Source: a candidate division WOR-3 bacterium
Lineage (GTDB): Bacteria; SDB-A
Direction: 5' to 3'
Assembly (NCBI GenBank): GCA_016934535.1
Contig: JAFGSQ010000016.1
Coordinates: forward strand, 1-64,000
DNA: 64,000 nucleotides
Under the pieces are notes generated by a model. It saw nothing but the letters and a program-made list of their open reading frames with translations, searched no databases and was not told the origin of the DNA. Position 1 is the first letter of the stretch, and each line of letters opens with the position of its first letter. The position numbers and the translations under genes were made by a program. Below are positions 1 to 8,653 of this stretch, piece by piece.

Positions 1-147
1 TATACAGTAGAAGAAGTCGCTGTTTTCCTTGATATTTCTGAGCAGACGGTCAGAAAGCATCTCAGAGTAAATTTGCTGAAAGGGAAAAAAATAGGAAGAC
101 GCTGGCACATCAAAGGCGCTGTCATCAGAAAATTCATCGAAGGTTAG
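1..147 (+). CDS. 3' part of an excisionase-like (HTH_17/MerR-type) helix-turn-helix DNA-binding protein, truncated by the window start
   Basis: Own translation of frame +1: YTVEEVAVFLDISEQTVRKHLRVNLLKGKKIGRRWHIKGAVIRKFIEG*, matching the 'T..EVA..L..S..TV.......L...K.G..W.I' pattern; stop TAG at 145-147; not in the ORF track. Confidence 0.8.
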   Translation, partial: YTVEEVAVFLDISEQTVRKHLRVNLLKGKKIGRRWHIKGAVIRKFIEG

Positions 148-160
148 GCAGGAGGAGGAT

Positions 161-1183
161 ATGGCAAAAAAGGGAATTGGAATAGACATCGGGACGAGTT
201 CGATTAAAATTGTCGAACTCGCGAACATCGGGAAAAAACCCTCGCTCGTCAAATACGGAATCAAGGAACTGCCTTCCGATGTAATTGTCGACAGCCACAT
301 AATGGACCCACTCTTGATTACAGAGACAATTCAAAGAATAACAGAGAGTGAAATGATAAAAGCGGGTAAAGTTAACATAGGTCTTCAGGGAAGATCCGTC
401 ATGGTAAAAAAGATTGAAACGGAACTGATGAACGACAGCGAATACAGCCATCAAGTCCGATTCGACGCTCAAAATAACTTCCCGTTCGACTTTGAAGACA
501 TAGACATAAGCCTGGATTTTCACGTAATCGACAGGAACAAACAGGAGAAAAAGATGGACGTCCTCCTGCTTGCCGCAAAAACTGAAGTAATAGACCAGCA
601 GATCGATCCTCTGTCGGAAAGCGGCATGAAAGTTAACATAGTGGATTACAATCTTTTCGCCCTTCAGAATTGCTACGAAAAAACAATGGGTTCTCTCGGC
701 GGCGGAACAGTCGCGTTCGTTCACTTGGGCGCCGAGTGGTTCTTGACGAGTATTGTTTCGGATGGAAAACCTTTGATAGCAAGAGACACAAACGCAACAG
801 GCACTCTCAAGATTATTCATCAGATGATGCGAAAACTGGGCATTTCCGAAGAAGAAGCAAAAAAGGTTTTAAAGAACGAAACTCCTCCGCCCCCCGATCA
901 GCTTTCCACTGTGACTCTTATATACAACGAGTTCATTACGGAAGTCGCAGACAATATATCAAAACAGGAAGATTCCTCGAACAAGAAAATAGAAAAACTG
1001 ATCGTTTCAGGAGGCGGAGTTTTGATACCGAGATTGAAACAGGGTCTGGAAGAAACTCTGAAAAAACCCGTAGAGATATTCAATCCGTTTCATGAGATCA
1101 GTGTACCCGATCATCACAGGGAAAAACTTGAGACCATAGGTCCCATTCTGTCCATTGCCGCAGGTCTCGCAATGAGAGGATAA
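161..1183 (+). CDS. pilM: Type IV pilus assembly protein PilM (actin-like)
   Basis: GIDIGTSSIK N-terminus, VHLGA, VSGGG, AAGLAMRG C-terminus; AGGAGG SD; first gene of the pilMNOPQ cluster. Confidence 0.93.
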   Translation: MAKKGIGIDIGTSSIKIVELANIGKKPSLVKYGIKELPSDVIVDSHIMDPLLITETIQRITESEMIKAGKVNIGLQGRSVMVKKIETELMNDSEYSHQVRFDAQNNFPFDFEDIDISLDFHVIDRNKQEKKMDVLLLAAKTEVIDQQIDPLSESGMKVNIVDYNLFALQNCYEKTMGSLGGGTVAFVHLGAEWFLTSIVSDGKPLIARDTNATGTLKIIHQMMRKLGISEEEAKKVLKNETPPPPDQLSTVTLIYNEFITEVADNISKQEDSSNKKIEKLIVSGGGVLIPRLKQGLEETLKKPVEIFNPFHEISVPDHHREKLETIGPILSIAAGLAMRG

Positions 1184-1205
1184 TAACTAACTTGAGAGGT
1201 TTAAT

Positions 1206-1820
1206 ATGATAGAAGTAAATCTACTTCGCCAGAAGACGATGAAAAAGAGACCCAAGGCTCAAAAAGGGCCTTCGGGAGGAGGAGCGGGAAACATTCTTCC
1301 TGTGGTCCTCGCATTTCTCATCGTCCTTATTATTTTACCGTTGGTCTTTTTTTTCCAGCAGATGCGGATAAATTCCGTAAAGAACAGAACAAAGCAGGTT
1401 CAGGGAGACATATCCAGGATGGCGGAAGAGCTTGAAGCCAGAAGAGAAGCCCAGAAGACCCTGGAAGGTCTTCAGGAACAGGAAAGACTCCTGAGAGAGA
1501 GAATAAACATAATAGCCTCGCTCAATTCCGGAAGAACCGCATACGTACATCTGCTTCAGGAAGTGTCAGACAGATTTCCTCAATACACTTGGATATCTTC
1601 CCTGACAGAATCAAACGGATCAGTCACAATAACAGGACTTACACTCTACGATGTTGTTCTTCCTCACCTCTGGGACGGTTTGGGTGAATCCCCGTACATA
1701 AACAACATACAGATTGAAAGTTGGGCATTGACAAACATCAGCGATCAGACTGCGGTTTCTTTTGTTCTCACGGCAAGCCTTCTCAAAACAACCTTGATTC
1801 AAACCGGAGGCGCACAATGA
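1206..1820 (+). CDS. pilN: Type IV pilus assembly protein PilN
   Basis: EVNLL (INLL) motif, single TM segment, coiled coil, 'WISSL' ferredoxin-like domain; position after pilM. Confidence 0.88.
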   Translation: MIEVNLLRQKTMKKRPKAQKGPSGGGAGNILPVVLAFLIVLIILPLVFFFQQMRINSVKNRTKQVQGDISRMAEELEARREAQKTLEGLQEQERLLRERINIIASLNSGRTAYVHLLQEVSDRFPQYTWISSLTESNGSVTITGLTLYDVVLPHLWDGLGESPYINNIQIESWALTNISDQTAVSFVLTASLLKTTLIQTGGAQ

Positions 1821-2404
1821 ACAACAGGGTAATAGCCGCACTTATTTTTCTTCTCGGGATTGTCGGCGCCGTCGTTCTTTTCTTTTACATGCAGTATAAT
1901 CCGTACAAAAGCGCCAACAATCAGTTAAAGCAAAAACTTGAAGTGAAAAGAGCTTACGAGGACTCGCTCAGACAAGTCGTAGATGTCAGTGAGAAAATAG
2001 AATACTACAAAGCGCTTTTGAAAAGCATGGAAGGTCTTCTCGCCAAAGCAGAAGCTATGGTTCCGAAAGAGGCGGACAGGAACGATATATGCGCCCTGCT
2101 GATAGAACTCTCTCATCAGGCAAACGTGACAATAGTGTCATCGACCCCTTCGCCGCCGATGTCTTCAGCGGACGGCTCCGGAAGCTTCATGATACCGGTT
2201 TCCCTGAACGTGGAGGCGACTTATCAGACCCTGGGCAAATTTCTGGAATTTCTTGCCAACAATCAGCGTATTTTAAAGCTTTCCTCTCTCAGCATGACTC
2301 CGTCTTCTTCAAAAACAGGCTTCATAAACGCATCACTGATTGTCAACGCTTATTATCTGCCCGTAGGAGCCGCCCAAACTCAAGCTCCCGAACAATGGAA
2401 CTGA
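1817..2404 (+). CDS. pilO: Type IV pilus assembly protein PilO
   Basis: Start at ATG 1817 (ATGA overlap with the pilN stop); TM plus coiled coil, 'MVP', 'Y..LGKFLE.LAN.QRI' motifs. Confidence 0.88.
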   Translation: MNNRVIAALIFLLGIVGAVVLFFYMQYNPYKSANNQLKQKLEVKRAYEDSLRQVVDVSEKIEYYKALLKSMEGLLAKAEAMVPKEADRNDICALLIELSHQANVTIVSSTPSPPMSSADGSGSFMIPVSLNVEATYQTLGKFLEFLANNQRILKLSSLSMTPSSSKTGFINASLIVNAYYLPVGAAQTQAPEQWN

Positions 2405-2420
2405 AGGGAAGGTGGTAAAA

Positions 2421-2957
2421 ATGAAAAAAACAATCATGTTAACCGCAATATTTACCGCCGTTTTTCTATGCGGCTGTAAGAACAAAGGAGACATAATATC
2501 GGGGACAATAGGCCAGGCGGCAGAAGTGGTCTCTCACACATCAACAGGAAGAGTTCAGCAGAACGGTACCCAGCAGTCTGACACTTCAGTCAACCTCGGA
2601 AGCCTCAGCAATCAGATATCTACCGAGGAAATAGAACAGATGCTCGCCACCGAAGAATTCTATTTCACGAGTTCGAGAGATCCTTTTAATTCCCCTCTTT
2701 CGTCTCTGGAAAGGTCCAACCTTCTGAATCCTCAGGAAGGCATCCTCGAAGGGGTCATATCCGGTCCGAGAGGACTTCTCGCCATAATAAGGAGCACAGA
2801 CGGCAAGCACTGGCTTCTGAGAAAAGGAGACAGGGTCAGCGGAGGCAACGTCGCTGAAATAACACCAGAAGCAGTAACTTTCGCTCTCGAACATTACGGT
2901 CAAATTTCAAGAGTAGTCATAAGAAGAGAAAACGCAATAAACCAGGAGGAGCAGTGA
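2421..2957 (+). CDS. pilP: Type IV pilus assembly lipoprotein PilP
   Basis: Lipobox-like FLCG-C, RDPF motif, beta domain 'LEGVI...AII...G....LRKGD....G.V.EIT...V'. Confidence 0.82.
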   Translation: MKKTIMLTAIFTAVFLCGCKNKGDIISGTIGQAAEVVSHTSTGRVQQNGTQQSDTSVNLGSLSNQISTEEIEQMLATEEFYFTSSRDPFNSPLSSLERSNLLNPQEGILEGVISGPRGLLAIIRSTDGKHWLLRKGDRVSGGNVAEITPEAVTFALEHYGQISRVVIRRENAINQEEQ

Positions 2958-4591
2958 AAAAATATTTTTTGACTGCCGTTTTGATGTTATCAGCTTTCGC
3001 TGTGCTTTCGGCATACAACATAAACGAAATTGAAATAGCGCCCGCGTACTCGGGAGCTCAGATAACAATCAAAACAGACAGACTCGGTTCTTACAGGGAT
3101 TACCAGTCCGGAGACAACATAGTCGTAGATTTTTACGGAGCGACGAACAATCTCAGAGCCGCCGCCTTCCCTTATGTTGACAGAGGTTCAATTGTGGGAA
3201 TCGGAATTGCCGATTTCTCGTCCAGCGACATAATCAGAATCGTAGTCGAAACCAAGGGTTTAAAAAGCTACAATGTCTCGACTTCGGGCGGAAATCTTGT
3301 AATAACAGTTGAACCCGTTGTTTCTGCCGGAAGTTTCAGCGTCTGGAGAGCCACGGAGAGCATCACGAATCTCGAATACGCCGATTTTTCGTTCGGCGGT
3401 CTGCCGAGCGGCTCCTTTGTCGGCTCAGGCGGACTGATAAGCATGAATCTCGACAAAGCCGATATAACAACGGTTTTAAGGGCAATAGCCGATTACAGCG
3501 GCAGGGATATAATTGCGGCTCCCAACATTGCGGGAACCGCCACTCTGAGACTCAACAACGTGACATGGTGGCAGGCGCTTCAGGCGATCTGTCATTCTCA
3601 CGGCCTCGGTATCTCGGAAGAGAACGGCATTCTTCTTGTCGGCAGTCAGGGTGATTTCGACACGTGGAGAGAGGCTCAGGAAAGCGCCGAGAGAGTCATA
3701 TACAGGGTTTACACTCTTCAGTATTCGACTCCTGGCAACGTCCAGGGTTCGATCGCCTCGCTTCTTTCGGCAAAAGGCACCATACTTCAGGACTTGAGGA
3801 CCAATTCAATAATCGTCAGCGACATTGAATCCCGTCAGTCGGCAATTCAGGAAATGATAAACATGCTCGACAAACCCACTCCCCAGGTCGAGATTGTCGC
3901 CAAGATAATCGACATAAACATGGATGCTTCGAGAAGTTTGGGCGTAAACTGGAGTGTCATAGGAATGAACATTTTCGATCAAACATCCATAAATTTTGGT
4001 GACTCAGTCTCGTCAAGACAACCTGGCATGCTAAATATAAGCATAGGTCAGGTATATGATCAAGTGACAATAAATGCCATAATAAACACGATGGAGACTG
4101 AGGGTCAAGCCAAGACCATAGCGAGCCCTCACGTCACAGTACTCGACAACAATCCGGCGACCATACTTGGCGGAAAAAGATTCGGAGTTCCGGTCAGAGG
4201 ATCGGACGGATCCGTAACAATACAGTTCTACGACGCAGGCACGAGGCTTGAAGTCACACCACACGTCAACGCCAACGACGAGATTACTCTCGAAATAAAG
4301 ACTGAGCTTTCGGACGTCGACGTCGCGTCCGTACAGGAAGGCAAACCGATAATAACAACACACGAAGCTACGACCAACCAGAGGGTCATGGACGGCGAAA
4401 CCGTTGTTCTCGGAGGGTTCGTAACCGAGTCTGAGAACGAAAACGAGAGCGGAATCCCCATTCTCAGAAGCATTCCCATTCTGGGATGGCTTTTCAAGAC
4501 GAGAAGCACTTCGACCACTCAGCGCGAGGTTCTGATATTCATCACGCCTCACATTTTGAGACCGAACATAACTCCCGCTTCTATACAATAA
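2954..4591 (+). CDS. pilQ: Type IV pilus secretin PilQ
   Basis: Signal peptide, AMIN-like domain, N0/N3 domains (DLRTNSIIV, LDKPTPQVEI), secretin core GTRLEVTPHV, DGETVVLGG, IPILGWLFK, LIFITPHI. Confidence 0.95.
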   Translation: MKKYFLTAVLMLSAFAVLSAYNINEIEIAPAYSGAQITIKTDRLGSYRDYQSGDNIVVDFYGATNNLRAAAFPYVDRGSIVGIGIADFSSSDIIRIVVETKGLKSYNVSTSGGNLVITVEPVVSAGSFSVWRATESITNLEYADFSFGGLPSGSFVGSGGLISMNLDKADITTVLRAIADYSGRDIIAAPNIAGTATLRLNNVTWWQALQAICHSHGLGISEENGILLVGSQGDFDTWREAQESAERVIYRVYTLQYSTPGNVQGSIASLLSAKGTILQDLRTNSIIVSDIESRQSAIQEMINMLDKPTPQVEIVAKIIDINMDASRSLGVNWSVIGMNIFDQTSINFGDSVSSRQPGMLNISIGQVYDQVTINAIINTMETEGQAKTIASPHVTVLDNNPATILGGKRFGVPVRGSDGSVTIQFYDAGTRLEVTPHVNANDEITLEIKTELSDVDVASVQEGKPIITTHEATTNQRVMDGETVVLGGFVTESENENESGIPILRSIPILGWLFKTRSTSTTQREVLIFITPHILRPNITPASIQ

Positions 4592-4599
4592 AAACGATA

Positions 4600-4649
4600 A
4601 AAGGGGCTCTGCCCCTTTCTTTCTTGGGGGCTTTTGCCCCCTTTTTTTT
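4600..4649 (+). terminator. Two tandem intrinsic terminator hairpins after pilQ
   Basis: AAAGGGGC-TCT-GCCCCTTT (4600-4618) then GGGGGC-TTTT-GCCCCC followed by T8 (4626-4649). Confidence 0.8.
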
Positions 4650-4722
4650 ACCGGCTTTTCCGAACGCTTTCAAACTCCCGATTTTTATTGAAATGAAAAG
4701 GTTTTATTGTTAAATACAATAT

Positions 4723-5604
4723 ATGAAATATCAGATTTATTTTTCAATAATATCTTTAGCCGGAATCGGTTCCTCTTTTTTTTCCAACCTCGACCCAACA
4801 CCATACAATAAAATAAACCGGGTCGTCTCCCTGCCGGACACCCTTTATGCCCATCAAAAGGTCTTCATACCCCCTTATTACGGAGATTTTACCGAATTGA
4901 CTTTGCTGTACAACGGAACCGGCATCACCGCAACGAGACTGGACGGAACAAATTCATTCGAGGTACCCGCTTTACCCGAAGACACTGTTGTAGCGCTTGT
5001 CGAGATAAAAAGCCGCTTCACACTTCAGATTGACACTGTGACTGTCGTATCGGAGAGATGGCTCGAGTTTTTTCTCGATCCCGAACTGCAGTTCTCAATA
5101 CTTTGGGAAGGAGCAAGACCTCTTGTTTATTCACTCGTGTCGAGCGGAAAATCCCAGTCTCCGACCAGCGCCGCACACACGAAGATTTTCGATAAAAAGC
5201 CGAGTTCGGAGTTTTACGACGGGGGTCTGATGCGCTGGTGGATGTCCATTCAGAGAACTCACAACGTCAAAGTTATTACCGACAGCGGGGAAGAACGATT
5301 TTTCCCGGTCCTCGAGAACGGAACACACGCACCTTTGGCCGGGACTTATCATCAGGTCGGCAGTCAGGCGAGCCACGGATGCATAAGAAATCCTCTCGCG
5401 AAACAGTACTACGATGTCCTCGAAATAGGAGACCGGGTCGAAATGCATTACAGGAATTCAGGGTCAACTTTCAGACACGAAAGGATAAACGGAGCGTACA
5501 GATTCGTCAACTGGGAACCCGTATTGACAGTGGACTCCTCGCTTTTGAAATACGTCGAAGAAGCCCGATTTAGAATTATAAAGGAATTTGAATTAAATCA
5601 TTGA
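4723..5604 (+). CDS. L,D-transpeptidase (YkuD family) with N-terminal anchor
   Basis: Catalytic ASHGCIR motif near the C-terminus; hydrophobic N-terminus. Confidence 0.75.
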   Translation: MKYQIYFSIISLAGIGSSFFSNLDPTPYNKINRVVSLPDTLYAHQKVFIPPYYGDFTELTLLYNGTGITATRLDGTNSFEVPALPEDTVVALVEIKSRFTLQIDTVTVVSERWLEFFLDPELQFSILWEGARPLVYSLVSSGKSQSPTSAAHTKIFDKKPSSEFYDGGLMRWWMSIQRTHNVKVITDSGEERFFPVLENGTHAPLAGTYHQVGSQASHGCIRNPLAKQYYDVLEIGDRVEMHYRNSGSTFRHERINGAYRFVNWEPVLTVDSSLLKYVEEARFRIIKEFELNH

Positions 5605-5618
5605 TTCAAGGAGGTAAA

Positions 5619-6194
5619 ATGAAAAAAATAATTTTTCTGGCGATGTTCTCCGCGCTCATCATCGCCTGTTCTTCGAGAAGAGTTACGAGAATTGACACCG
5701 ACCTAGTAACGGACGTCAGCGGCAGATGGAACGACACCGATTCCCGACTCGTCGCTCAGAAAATGATATCGGAGTGCCTGGGAAGCTCGTGGCTGACAAG
5801 ATTTCACGACCGCTACGCAGACAAGCCGACAATAATTGTCGGCAACGTCCAAAACAGGAGTTACGAGCACATCGACGCTACGACTTTCATGAAAGATATA
5901 GAAAGGGAATTTGTCAACAACGGCGAGATAAGAATTGTCGCTTCCGTTTCGGAAAGAAACGACCTGAGGGACGAAAGATGGTCTCAGCAGGGATTCGCAT
6001 CTCCCGAAACGAGAACCGCTCTCAGAAACGAATACGGAGCCCAATACATGATGATGGGGACCATTACTTCCATTATTGATGAAGCTTCAGACGTCAGGGT
6101 TGTTTACTACCAGATAGACCTCGAATTGCTCGACATAGAAACCACAGAGAAAGTCTGGATGGCGACGGAAAAGATAAAAAAAGTCATCGAATAA
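5619..6194 (+). CDS. lpoB: Penicillin-binding protein activator LpoB-family lipoprotein
   Basis: ATG 5619 after AGGAGG; lipobox IIA-C; 'DVSGRWNDTDSRLVA', 'NRSYEHID', 'YYQIDLELLDIET.EKVW' typical of the family. Confidence 0.8.
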   Translation: MKKIIFLAMFSALIIACSSRRVTRIDTDLVTDVSGRWNDTDSRLVAQKMISECLGSSWLTRFHDRYADKPTIIVGNVQNRSYEHIDATTFMKDIEREFVNNGEIRIVASVSERNDLRDERWSQQGFASPETRTALRNEYGAQYMMMGTITSIIDEASDVRVVYYQIDLELLDIETTEKVWMATEKIKKVIE

Positions 6195-6203
6195 CATTCA
6201 CAA

Positions 6204-7529
6204 ATGAAAAAGCACCTTCTGAAAATAATTCTTCCGACTTTTCTTTTCTTGTCCGCTTTATCGTGCGCTTCCAGCAAAACGAGAATGGAACCCCTCACCC
6301 GATACATGTATCGGGGTGAATATTCAGAAGCTCTGTCAGTCTATGACAGCTTAGGCATAAAAGACGAAAACGCGGTTTCTCTCGATTACGCCAACAGGGG
6401 TCTGCTTCTTCATTTATCCGGCCGCTACGAAGAAAGCAACGGCGAATTGGAGCTTGCAGAAAGATACATGGACAGGATACTCAGGAGCAATTTCAAACAA
6501 ACGGTTTCTTCATACATAATAAACGAATATTCCCTGCCATACTCCGGCGAGGATTACGAAAACATAATGGTCAACTTTTACAAAATGTTCAACTACGCTT
6601 TACTCGGTTTGCCTGAAGAAGCGCTGGTCGAATGCAGAAGAATAGACTACAAGCTCAATCTTCTAAATGATATGTACGAAGGTTCGGCGACTTACACAGA
6701 TGACGCTTTTTCCCGATACATGGCGGGGATTTTCTTTGAAAGCGAAAAAATGTACGACGACTGTTTCATAGAATATTTCAAATCATACAGAATATACGAA
6801 GACCTGTACTCCGAGAAATACTCCACTTCGATTCCATCCTCGCTTGTAGAATCGTTGAAAAAAGCAGCCGTTATGACGGGCAGGGAGAATGATGTTCCCT
6901 TCCTTTTCAGGGAGAAAACCCGGCCGATCACCTCCGGTCAAGAAGCGGATTCTTTTTGCGAGTTCATTTTCATACTCGAAGCCGGTCAGCTTCCTTACAA
7001 AGAAGAGATCGTATCGTACGCGACGCTTGAAGACGGAAAAATTCTTTCAGTAGCCCTTCCGGTCTTGATACCTGCGGAGACTCAGATTTTCGGGGGAACG
7101 ATGCGAACAACCGATCGTTATTCTGAAATTGAGATGGTCCAGAACCTCGGCTCAATCGCTGAAATCAGCCTTAAAGACCGCGGCGGAAGGATTTTAGCGA
7201 GAGCCGTAGCAAGAGCCGGCCTTAAATATCTGGCTCAGCAGGCCGGCGAGAAAATCGGCGATGAAATTGCCGACGATGACGATTCGTTTCTCGGAGATCT
7301 TTTTTCGGGCATAATCGGAATTTTTTCAGCGGCGACAGAACATGCGGACCTGAGAGGCTGGACGCTTTTACCCGACAAGATTTTCCTCGGAAGAATATTT
7401 TTCACCGGGGCCGACACTGTAATAAATGTGACAATACACATAGCCGGACCCGGAGATATTTCATTCGTCTATCCGGTCGAATTCACCCGTGGAGGAACAG
7501 TTTTTACAAAAGAGAGGATCTGGTTCTAA
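6204..7529 (+). CDS. TPR-containing lipoprotein, COG3014-like
   Basis: Lipobox ALS-C; 'PYSGEDYE', 'EALVECRR', 'ADLRGW.LLP' motifs; adjacent to lpoB as is usual for this family. Confidence 0.72.
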   Translation: MKKHLLKIILPTFLFLSALSCASSKTRMEPLTRYMYRGEYSEALSVYDSLGIKDENAVSLDYANRGLLLHLSGRYEESNGELELAERYMDRILRSNFKQTVSSYIINEYSLPYSGEDYENIMVNFYKMFNYALLGLPEEALVECRRIDYKLNLLNDMYEGSATYTDDAFSRYMAGIFFESEKMYDDCFIEYFKSYRIYEDLYSEKYSTSIPSSLVESLKKAAVMTGRENDVPFLFREKTRPITSGQEADSFCEFIFILEAGQLPYKEEIVSYATLEDGKILSVALPVLIPAETQIFGGTMRTTDRYSEIEMVQNLGSIAEISLKDRGGRILARAVARAGLKYLAQQAGEKIGDEIADDDDSFLGDLFSGIIGIFSAATEHADLRGWTLLPDKIFLGRIFFTGADTVINVTIHIAGPGDISFVYPVEFTRGGTVFTKERIWF

Positions 7530-7535
7530 AAACGT

Positions 7536-8435
7536 CTAGAGAAAATATTCCGCACCTTCTCTGGCGGCCCAGGTTTCAGGGAGAATGGTTTTCCCTTTCT
7601 CTTCCATGGCTCTGATTTTTTCATCGTCGTATTCCGGATTCAGATGAAAAAGGACAAGTTTTTTGACTTTGGCTTTTTTCGCGTGAGCGAGAACATATCC
7701 CAATGAAGAGTGCCCGAATCCCTGATGCAAGGGATAATCATCATCGGTGAACTGACAATCGTGGAACAGAAGATCCGCGCCTTCTATGAAATTGCATATT
7801 TTTCTGTCTCCTCCAACATAATTCTCCGTGTCGGTGACGTAACAGAATGTCTTTTCTCTTTGAGTTATTTTGTATGAGAAAGAACCGCCCTTCGGATGAG
7901 AAAAATTTTTATGCATTGTCATGACAATGTCATTCCGGAGAGGTTTGTAGTCTTCGTTTTTGTTTCTTATCACAATAATATCTTCCGATCCTGCAGGCAG
8001 AATTATTTTGTCCCATTGATTTATCGAATTAACTGTTATTTTCGCCGCGACGTCTTCGATAAAAAATGCCGCGAGAGGCGATGAGAACCAGGTGGAAATA
8101 ATGTCCGCCAGCTTGAGGTCAAAAAGATCCGGACCAATAACGTCAATCCTTTTCCCCGAAAGCCACAACGGCTTGAAAAAAGGGAGCCCCAATATGTGAT
8201 CGTGATGAGTGTGGCTCAAAAAAATCAATATCCTTTTTTTATTATCATTCTCTTTTTCCAGCTTTTTTCCGAGAGGTATGATTCCGCTTCCCGCATCAAA
8301 AATCAGCAATCTGCCGCCGATTGAGACTTCCACACACGAAGTGTTGCCCCCGTAATAGGCAAAGTCGCTTCCGGGAGTGGGATAGCTCCCTCTGACACCC
8401 CATATTCTAACCTTGAAATCATTTTTATCAGGCAA
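7536..8435 (-). CDS. MBL-fold metallo-hydrolase (PhnP/phosphodiesterase-like)
   Basis: WGVRGS, YGGNTSC, DAGSG, HTHHDH, TDTE, GHS, FHLNP; TTG start with AGGAGG SD. Confidence 0.88.
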   Translation of the reverse strand: MPDKNDFKVRIWGVRGSYPTPGSDFAYYGGNTSCVEVSIGGRLLIFDAGSGIIPLGKKLEKENDNKKRILIFLSHTHHDHILGLPFFKPLWLSGKRIDVIGPDLFDLKLADIISTWFSSPLAAFFIEDVAAKITVNSINQWDKIILPAGSEDIIVIRNKNEDYKPLRNDIVMTMHKNFSHPKGGSFSYKITQREKTFCYVTDTENYVGGDRKICNFIEGADLLFHDCQFTDDDYPLHQGFGHSSLGYVLAHAKKAKVKKLVLFHLNPEYDDEKIRAMEEKGKTILPETWAAREGAEYFL

Positions 8436-8452
8436 TATCCACCTCCTGATAT

Positions 8453-8480
8453 ATTCTATACTTCTGCTGCATCAAGTCAA
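8453..8480 (-). promoter_or_regulatory. Candidate sigma70 promoter for the MBL gene
   Basis: Minus strand TTGACT-16 nt-TAGAAT just upstream of the SD. Confidence 0.4.
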
Positions 8481-8653
8481 ACATTTCATGCAATTAATTT
8501 TTCCCCTTCAATTTTACATCAGAAACTTGACAGTTTTGACATAATTCTATACTTTTATCAGTTAAAGATGACATATTTATATGCGCATTGTTTTTCCTGT
8601 TGATTTGACGAAGTGTTAGATTTTGATTTGTCTTACATAGGAGGATTTTTTCT

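Noticed and set aside
1..147. Excisionase marking a prophage or ICE boundary
   Set aside because: No integrase, att repeat or phage genes in the window; the ORF is tied to pilM.
134..820. 228-aa minus-strand ORF and the many other antisense or alternate-frame ORFs in the track
   Set aside because: They are shadows of well-supported genes on the other strand or frame and carry no recognisable motifs.
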